This document shows, piece after piece, positions 52,871 to 60,734 of a DNA stretch of 60,734 nt. The DNA is taken from assembly GCA_030141605.1 (NCBI GenBank), contig JAQGDQ010001127.1:1-60734 (forward strand), in the 5' to 3' direction. The stretch's first letter is position 1. Every line of letters begins with the position of its first letter. The translations under genes were made by a program, and so were the position numbers. This DNA is from Tubiluchus corallicola. Its lineage: Eukaryota; Animalia; Priapulida. The notes beneath the pieces were generated by a model. The model was not told the origin of the DNA. It did no database searches and saw only the letters and a list, made by a program, of their open reading frames with translations.

Positions 52871-55393
52871 ATATTATTAATTTTAACAAATGTTGAAAGT
52901 CCTCCGCATGAGTTTAGGCTAGAAGGACTTTTCGCTTTCTCTTGTGATAGATGATAGTAAGTTTGTCTAGTTACTCTAGTACACATTTTTCACATCTGGT
53001 GTGGACTAACAAATGAAAATGAAGTCTAGCAGTTATACGTAAAAATGCACAGAACTCTCTTAGTAGGCTGCATGGTTAGCACCGCTCGTCTTACAAAATG
53101 CAGGTCATTTCTAAGACCACGATGATCTTTTCAAACACCTTCATGTCCTTTTTAGCTATCATATATTTTGAAAGCGTAAAAGGCCTTTCACCTCTTAACC
53201 TAGTGAACCATGCAAGCATAGCATCAGCCAGTACCATGTCGCTATACCTGTTTGCAACGCCCGGAGTTACCAAAACGCTTCCTGCCTTACAACACTACAT
53301 TACAGTGCGTTCGTTTGTTTAGGATGGTGTGACTAAGGTAATTCTGTTTCATTAATCATTCGTAAGGATTTCGTCATCGAGTTAGAGACATCTGTGACAA
53401 AGTTTAAGGTGCCTGGTAATCAACTAGCTTCAGTCACTTGACTTTGACGTCCAGCGCAGCATATACAGCGAGGAAGAACGTGATTATGACAACTTGTATC
53501 GTGCAAAAAGGGAAATTTTTAAAGGCTGTTATAGGCTAGCCAATCAAATATTTGGTAAGTTCAGTGCGTTTGTTGTGTAAAGGTTGCCAAAGAATAAGAC
53601 CTGTGAAAACGTAATTGCAAACTTTTGGCATTTTTGTTGATCGATTATTGGCTTGATCGATTAGAAGTTCTACCGCTCTTTCTGCTCATCAAAATTAATT
53701 AACGGTAGCTTACTCCCTTGAAGATGTTTCCCCTTTCGAGGTATGGGAACCTAATTGTTTACTGTTTATCACTATAATAAATCTCTATTCAATTATTGCT
53801 TTATTACTGGAGTTACAATAAAATTTACTTTTGCACTTTCGAGCCGTAATCACTTCAAAAAAAGCAATGCGACCAATCATAAATTTCGTTGTGAATGTTT
53901 TTTATTTACTATTAACAGTTATAAGTTAAGCATACTAAGTAAAGTTTTCTTTTGCATGTTGCTCAATTTTGTCTTCTATCGAACTGTGCAAGTTATATAA
54001 AAAATCAATAAGAGATTGCACAAATATTGGTCGGATTTCGGGATTCTGCTGCCCAAACCCAAAGCCAGCTTGGCCTCCGTTCGAAACTGTTCAGGCAGAT
54101 TCCAGTTTCAGATGTTTTAGTTAGGCCTACAGCAACACTTGCTCTTTAACTTACGTGAAAACATATAATAATTAGAATTCAGTCGGGATGAAGAATGAGA
54201 ATAATATTTGACCGTTTCCGTGAATTGCTGATTACAACAGTAGCTAGGTGATGTGTAGTACAATGCCTACTCAGTTTTCCTTCCTTACTGCTGTGAGTGC
54301 TGCCCGGACTCTGTGTCACCCTCGAGAATATCTGGACATTTTTTTGTTAACGCAGAGGGGTTTGATTGGTCTATTATATCACATGGCACAAAAAACGCGC
54401 CAAATAACGAAGTGGCTTGAAAACTGCGACACTGATGTTACAGGCGCTTTCGTACAAACGTGAAAACTTTTTGGTCGTTCCCTTAGATATTTCCAAAGAC
54501 ACTAAAGTTTTAAAACAACATGTCAAAAAATAAATGCCGGGAAAAAGCTTTGTGTCACGATTGCTAAAATTTGCAACATGCCCTCTATGTGCCCCCATTC
54601 TCAGTGCAAACTAGACGGAGGCGTTTCTTCCAATAGCTGACACAGTTTCTCATTTTTAAGAGGTATTTTGACCGAGCACTCAAAAAGTTTTTGTTTGCAT
54701 TTGTTTGCTTACTAACCTTTGCTTTGCATCAAACGGCTCGGTGTGGCCATTGTTCACCTTCTGTTTGAGGGAATTCCAGATATCGTAACCCAGAGATTAA
54801 GTTCCATTTTTCATCAATGCTTTATTTTCTTTAGTGATGACCATGCATGATGTTAATTTTTGACTCCTTTATTGCTTTGCTCCATGTATTGAGTGCTTTA
54901 TATACCATCGAACATGGCTGTTCTTCGGTTGCTGATTAGCTGACATTGTTCCAGCATTTAATTTTTTATCACGTAAAAGCCTTTCAATCATAACTTGAAA
55001 AGCACTAGAACTATAAACTTGTAACTTTTCAGCCTAACGTCATTGCATTGTAATGTCATACCGTGAAATTCCAACTTCGTAGGGCACTCGCTTCTAACAT
55101 AATTGTAGTCTAAATCTTCGGAACATTTTTTGCGCCATCCAATACATAATACTAGGGTTCATCTCCCTTTAGTTGAAATCATAAATTCATTTGGTATTAG
55201 TAATTTTTTCCCGATAGGTGGCAGCACAGTGCGATATGTTGCTCACATTATACCAAGTTGTAATCTCGTCCTGTAACAACAGTGTTACGCGGTAACTACA
55301 GCTGTGGCACCGCGGCGCGATGCAACTGATCATTCCATCACGACTTTTTGTTTTCCATTTTTAACAACTTGTCCACTCGGGTAACAATAATAT

Positions 55394-55818
55394 TGTGAAA
55401 GATATTTGTGAAGACGAAATTGAACACTGGTATAAACAACTAAACACAAGATTAAATATTTGCACAAGAACTGAAACACTTTTATTGCACTAAATACACA
55501 TGAGTAAAATGCACAAGTAAAATGATGATCACAACTGCTGCACAGCACTGAGTGTGTGACAGAGAGACAGTGTGTAACATGACTGCACTGCCTGAGACAG
55601 AGAGTGACTAGCAGTGAAATCTAGCCAGTTTATATATGTAGAGAAGTATGCAAAAACATGGCTTCACATATCCCATTTACAGAAAATAGGGGAGATACAG
55701 TGAGTTTGAATATTCATTGGAACATACAATTGCATTAAGGGGTGAATTCAACTAGTAAATGTTTAAAGTAACGAATCAATAGATGGCAGCACCTAAACAT
55801 ACAGTTATAACTTTCACA
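55394..55818 (-). mobile_element. BEL/Pao 3' LTR (425 bp)
   Basis: TGTGAAAG...CTTTCACA termini, preceded in element orientation by the PPT aaggtgggagga (55819-55830); about 98% identical to 58617-59041. Confidence 0.95.
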
Positions 55819-56099
55819 TCCTCCCACCTTGAAACGAAAATAATTAGAGTTTCAATACATGTCAATACAATACAAAATGTCAAATAAATGAAACAATGCA
55901 AATTAGGAGGTATGTCATTAAAGATCAGGTGCATTCTAAGGGGTAGAGGAGACAAAGGGGACGGCGAGTAAGGCGTCCGTGACTCCTGATGTAGGCGGCT
56001 CGTGGATTTCCGTCTCGACCGGGAATCAGTGATTCGATCCTCCCTAGTGGCCAACGCCGATGTCAGAACGGACTATAAACGACGTCTCCTTTCCAGCTG

Positions 56100-56875
56100 A
56101 GTCCACCTACCACGTGATAGAAGGTACTCGTTCCTCCATCTGGAATAAAGATGTGTGCTGATGGTGAGACGATGTTTCCATCTCCTCTGTAGATCTTCAG
56201 GAGGTGGTGAATCGTGGATGCCTATGTCCAAAAGTAATCGTGGATGCCTATGTCCAAAAGTGCTGGTGGAGTAGCTCCAAAGATGAAGTGTCCTGGAGTC
56301 AAAGGTTCATCTCCGGACAAAACGAGAGGGCGCCGATTGATGCGTTCCTCTAACTCTGTGACCACTGTGGTGAGTTCAGTCAGAGATAAAGATGTGCTGC
56401 CAAGTGTCTGGCGACAAGAACGTTTGATAGTTCCAATGAGTCTTTCCCAGTAACCTCCCCACCAGGGTGCAGCTTCAGGGATGAAGGTCCAGGTTAGACT
56501 CTTCTGCATGTGTTTTGCCAAGCTGACGAATGATCGAGCGTTGTCGCTGTAGAATTGTGCGGGTCCACGGCGTGCTAAGAACCGACGAATAGCTAGTCCA
56601 GTGTCCTTCTCATTGAGTGAGGTGACAACTTCCATGTGTACGGCTCTAGTGACGGCACATGTGAACAGAAGAACCCATGATTTGGTCTGGTCGCCAAGAT
56701 ACAATGGGCCGAAGTGATCAAGTCCAGTATGCGCAAATGGTCGCGCTTCTGTGACTCTGAATGGTGGAAGACTGCCTTCAGTAGAAGTGTATGGTCGTCC
56801 TTGAAGCTTCTTGCAGGAAACGCACTTCTGGAGAATCTTCTTGACAGTCCTGTGAGGCTTTGGGAGCCAGTAGCA
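56100..56875 (-). pseudogene. BEL/Pao integrase, frameshifted
   Basis: CVSCKK, LDHFGP, FTCAVTRAVHME, YSDNA and APWWGGYWERL are present. It is out of frame with the RT ORF, apparently lacks the HH part of the zinc finger, and has a 26-bp tandem duplication at 56210-56261. Confidence 0.85.
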
Positions 56876-58599
56876 TTTGCTAACTTCTGTAGCTGTCGTA
56901 GAAATGCCTTGATGATCTCGTGTGGCGTAAGTGGTCCGCCGACTCGAGTTGACTTGATGAGTCGTGAATTATGAACGAATCTGAGCACATAAGAGGTTAT
57001 GTTTATAGCTCGGTGTAAGGAAGACCATCGGTCCACAGGAAAAAGTGGTGTCTTCTCTGAATCTGTAAGAGGAGTTGTTGCAGTGAACAAAGTGGAGAAC
57101 TTCTGTTCGCAGACAGAGTAGTCCGACTCCTCCCTGAGTGTGAGAAAAGGTGGACCATGTCTCCAAAGGTCCAGGTGTTGCAAGTAGAGTAGCTTGCAAC
57201 CTCGAGTTGGCAGATCTGCGGGATTCTGCGAACTAGGTACATGAGACCACTCGCATGCTTGCGAGAGTGTGTGGATCTCACGAACTCGATTCCTCACGAA
57301 CACGTCTTTTGGCATACTGCGTATCCATCCGAGTGTTACCATTGAGTCCGAGTAGAAATGTCTGAGACATGATGATAGGACTGGTACATGCTGCTGGATG
57401 TAAGTCCCTAGACGAGCCCCAAGAAGAGCAGCCATCAGCTCTAAACGTGGAAGAGTCAGAGTCTGTGGTTTAAGTGGGGCTAGTTTGCTCTTCGAAATGA
57501 GTAAGTCGACATTGGTGTCTGTCTTGATGTACGCAACAGCTGCATAAGCTGCCTCACTAGAATCACAAAAGATGTGAAGTTCCGAGTGTGAAGTCATTGG
57601 TACGTATCGAGGAAAGTGTATCCTGGATTCGTGTTGCTGTGTTTCCTCAATGAAACGACCCCATTGTACTGCGGTACTGGAAGGTAGTTCATCTTCCCAG
57701 TTGAGTGACTCTCTCCAGAGTGACTGAAAGAGAATCCTGAGACGTATGGTGAAGGGGGAAATAAATCCCTGAGGATCGAAAATCTTGGAGATTTCGGCTA
57801 GCATTTGACGCTTAGTGATGGGAGGTTCTGATGAAAGCTTCAGGCTGGCGGCTATGGTATCAGACTGATGGCACCAGCTGAGGCCAAGAACTTTGGTAAA
57901 GTCATCAGTGTTGCACTCCCACCGTTCTCTTGTAGAAGAGGAAGAAGTCTGCCAAGCACGAAGGTTCATGCCGGCAGTGGCGAAGGCTTGAATAGCTTCG
58001 GATTTGAATGAATCGATGTCGGTTTCGTAGTCGCAACCGGATACGAGATTGTCGACATACATATTGTGCCTAAGAGAGGTGACTGTTGAAGTCGCCGGTA
58101 GGCTGTCTAGATGCATCGCAATGATGGCATGAAGAATGGCGGGGCTTGCAGAAAGCCCAAAGGGAAGTCTGGCAAATCTGCTGACGTGCTGTTTGCCGTC
58201 CAAGTCCCAAATGAATTTGAGAAACTCTCGATCTGGAGGCGAGATTCCAATCATCAGGAAGGCTTTCTCGATATCAGCAATTAGACCAATTTGGTGACTG
58301 CGGAAACGTACCAGAATGGCTAAAAGGTCGCTGAGCATGTTGGGACCGGTTACCAGACAATCGTTGATGCTGAGGCCAATGGTAGGCTTTGCTGAGCCGT
58401 TGAAAACAACTCGCAACTTTGATCCTTGGATAAGACTATGATGGGGTAGGAAATTGCCACCATCTGTGTTAGGTGCGTCTTCAATGATTCCAAGGGTTTG
58501 CCACTCTTTTAAAGAGTCTCTGTATCGCTGTTGCCGTTCTGGAGGCAAACACCCTTTGATTAGATTATATAGTACAGTAAAGATATGTACGGATGGCAA
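56593..58599 (-). CDS. BEL/Pao pol fragment (reverse transcriptase plus RNase H) with spurious N- and C-termini
   Basis: FLPHH, KLRVVF, SINDCL.TGP, ADIEKAFL, RLPFGL..SP, YVDN, KVLGL.W, FDPQG, LHIFCDSS..AY, TLPRLELMAA, YSDS, NPADL.TRG. Confidence 0.9.
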   Translation of the reverse strand: MPSVHIFTVLYNLIKGCLPPERQQRYRDSLKEWQTLGIIEDAPNTDGGNFLPHHSLIQGSKLRVVFNGSAKPTIGLSINDCLVTGPNMLSDLLAILVRFRSHQIGLIADIEKAFLMIGISPPDREFLKFIWDLDGKQHVSRFARLPFGLSASPAILHAIIAMHLDSLPATSTVTSLRHNMYVDNLVSGCDYETDIDSFKSEAIQAFATAGMNLRAWQTSSSSTRERWECNTDDFTKVLGLSWCHQSDTIAASLKLSSEPPITKRQMLAEISKIFDPQGFISPFTIRLRILFQSLWRESLNWEDELPSSTAVQWGRFIEETQQHESRIHFPRYVPMTSHSELHIFCDSSEAAYAAVAYIKTDTNVDLLISKSKLAPLKPQTLTLPRLELMAALLGARLGTYIQQHVPVLSSCLRHFYSDSMVTLGWIRSMPKDVFVRNRVREIHTLSQACEWSHVPSSQNPADLPTRGCKLLYLQHLDLWRHGPPFLTLREESDYSVCEQKFSTLFTATTPLTDSEKTPLFPVDRWSSLHRAINITSYVLRFVHNSRLIKSTRVGGPLTPHEIIKAFLRQLQKLANATGSQSLTGLSRRFSRSAFPARSFKDDHTLLLKAVFHHSESQKRDHLRILDLITSAHCILATRPNHGFFCSHVPSLEPYTWKLSPHSMRRTLD

Positions 58600-58616
58600 T
58601 TAAGGACTATAATATT

Positions 58617-59041
58617 TGTGAAAGTTATAACTGTATATTTAGGTGCTGCCATCTATTGATTCGTTACTTTAAACATTTACTAGTTGAATTCACCCCTTAA
58701 TGCAATTGTATGTTCCAATGAATATTCAAACTCACTGTATCTCCCCTATTTTTCTGTAATGGGATATGTGAAGCCATGTTTTTGCATAGTTCTTTACATG
58801 TATAAACTGGCTAGATTTCACTGCTAGTCACTCTCTGTCTCAGGCAGTGCAGTCATGTTACACACTGTCTCTCTGTCACACACTCAGTGCTGTGCAGCAG
58901 TTGTGATCATCATTTTACTTGTGCATTTTACTCATGTGTATTTAGTGCAATAAAAGTGTTTCAGTTCTTGTGCAAATATTTAATCTTGTGTTTAGTTGTT
59001 TATACCAGTGTTCAATTTCGTCTTCACAAATATCTTTGACA
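58617..59041 (+). mobile_element. BEL/Pao 5' LTR (425 bp)
   Basis: TGTGAAAG...CTTTGACA termini; internal TATAAA and AATAAA; followed by the PBS. Confidence 0.95.
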
Positions 59042-59043
59042 TA

Positions 59044-59061
59044 TGGTCCTTCGAGCCGGAT
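59044..59061 (+). other. Primer-binding site complementary to the tRNA-Tyr 3' end
   Basis: TGGTCCTTCGAGCCGGAT, 2 nt after the LTR; a tRNA-Tyr PBS is common in BEL/Pao elements. Confidence 0.9.
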
Positions 59062-59118
59062 GCGAGCCCAGACAGCGCACAGGGATAACCACACAGGACT
59101 TCTACTTCTGTTGTCAAC

Positions 59119-60734
59119 ATGACGGAGCAAGTGGAGAAAACTAAACGAGTTCGTCGAGCTCTGAGATCTTCACTTACTAAGGCTACCAACTTATTATCTG
59201 ACGAGCTAAATCAAGAGATTTCGAGGAAAGAAGAGGTAAGCCTTCTCTTATCAATTGTTACTGAAAGGGCAGAACGCCTGTTTGAAGCAGACAACAACAT
59301 CTTGTCACAGTTGTTAGACGCTGACGCCGAACAGGTATCACTCGACGAGGAAGTCGAATCTGCTGATGAGTACAAATGGCGAATTACACGTGAAGTACAT
59401 CGTGCCAATCAATTTCTTGGCCCTGCTTCTGCAGCTGACCATCCTACCACTGGTCCTGCCGCAGGTGTCAGCCGAGCTGACACTCTCTCTGACAATTCAC
59501 TTGCTCGTTCAACAGCTTTTACTCGCTTACCTAAGCTAATACTGCCGAAATTTGATGGCCAGATTCTGGAATGGCTGGCGTTCTGGGAGCAGTTCGATGC
59601 TGCTGTTCATTCTCATGAGCATTTAGCACCTGTGCAGAAGTTCACTTACTTGAAAGGTTAACTATGCGGTGAGGCTGCCACAGCCATTGCCGGGTTGCCT
59701 CTTTCTTCAGCTAATTATGCAACCGCCATTCATCTACTTGAGCGTCGGTTTGGACGAAAAGACGTACTAATAAGTGCGCATATGTCAGCACTTCTTCGAT
59801 TGCAACCATGCACTTCTCTCGATGCGAAGCCACTTCGTAAAGTGCTCGACCAACTTGAGACAAACGTACGGGGTCTCGAAGCCATTGTCAAGTTCTTAAG
59901 CTTGTCCGTTGATGCTCGACAGCAGCTCATCAGGGACAGACACTTGTGTTTCAATTGTTTACGGTCACATCGACTACAACAGTGCACATCCAAGAATGTG
60001 TGTCAAGAATGTGGTTCCTTGCATCATACTCTGCTGCATCGTGTTTCTTCAAACAGTGCATTCAGCGGAAGTTCTCTTTGTTCTAAACTCAACTGCATGG
60101 TGAAAACTACCAGCAATGGTCACCGCACCGTTCTACAGACAGTTCTTGTCCACATGGATGGAATTGATCGTCCGGTTCGTCTACTCCTAGATAGTGGATC
60201 GGAAGAGACTTACTACTGTATGTATGATGATCAATGGTATTTTATGAATTGTTGGGTTGTTCCCTTCATATGTTCACCCCTTCAGGGTGTTGAATTGTCG
60301 TGCTTAACTATGTTACCACAAGGTTTAGATTATGCTGATGATTACAGTCAATTACAATTGCCTATTGATGTATTTGGTAATGATGCCCTTCCTCACATCT
60401 TTACCCCTAATGCTCCAATCTGTCACAACATTCCTCCTTGGTTCCTCTTGTATGCACTCTGTACTCTAGGAATGCAGATGCCAGTATCTGTGAATCTTGG
60501 TGGCAGTTGGGGTCCATGAATATTCATCCTGACACGGAAAAGGACGAGTTTCCTTTATCCATCAAACACATTGATGGTCGATACGAGACTACTTTGCCAT
60601 GGGCTGGGTTTGAACGTCCACAGTTCACTAAGCAACAAGCCTTGGCACATAGTCGATCTTTCTACAGGTTGCCTCCAGAACGGCAACATCGATACAGAGA
60701 CTCTTTAAAAGAGTGGCAAACCCTTGGAATCATT
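59119..60734 (+). pseudogene. BEL/Pao gag-protease and start of RT, defective, running off the window end
   Basis: RLPKLILPKFDG..WLAFWEQF (DUF1759-type gag), an in-frame TAA at 59659-59661, Zn knuckles CFNC..H...C / C..C...HHTLLH, protease LLDSGS, internal deletions and frameshifts. Confidence 0.9.

Larger units (their letters stand above)
55394..58548 (-). mobile_element. BEL/Pao LTR retrotransposon, 3' half (RT, RNase H, integrase, 3' LTR)
   Basis: Pao-type RT and RNase H motifs, integrase DDE, PPT and LTR; abruptly 5'-truncated at 58548. Confidence 0.95.

Noticed and set aside
58048-58059. RT motif YVDN instead of YxDD as a novel or inactivating change
   Set aside because: YVDN occurs in a number of BEL/Pao lineages, and the element is already defective through stops, deletions and frameshifts.
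59659-59661. In-frame TAA in gag as programmed readthrough
   Set aside because: It lies mid-gag, whereas BEL/Pao elements normally have one continuous ORF; a CAA-to-TAA mutation in a decaying copy is simpler.

Overview
AT-rich animal genomic DNA with GT-AG spliceosomal introns, most likely an arthropod (inferred from the CtBP sequence and a TATA/Inr-type promoter). It is not prokaryotic, and there are no CRISPR arrays or rRNA genes. Three host genes can be reconstructed. (1) The last three coding exons of a PUS1/TruA-family tRNA pseudouridine synthase (+, 1487-4666). (2) An 8-coding-exon CtBP corepressor (-, 11952-37273, about 545 aa) with an N-terminal THAP zinc finger split by a 14.3-kb intron, Gln at the position of the catalytic Glu, and probable 5' non-coding exons and a promoter up to about 51 kb. 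(3) A gene nested antisense inside that THAP-splitting intron (+, about 29540-34910) encoding a secreted Gly/Arg/Ser/Thr/Phe-rich, Cys-free protein of about 366 aa with no family I recognise. The right end holds a young BEL/Pao LTR retrotransposon whose 3' half (RT-RNaseH-IN-3'LTR, - strand) and 5' half (5'LTR-PBS-gag-protease, + strand) point away from each other yet share one 5-bp TSD, suggesting a single insertion split by an inversion. The rest contains hAT-type MITEs, decayed LINEs, minisatellites, microsatellites and a tRNA-Gly-like relic. All exon structures were read by eye from splice signals and frame continuity, without transcript data.
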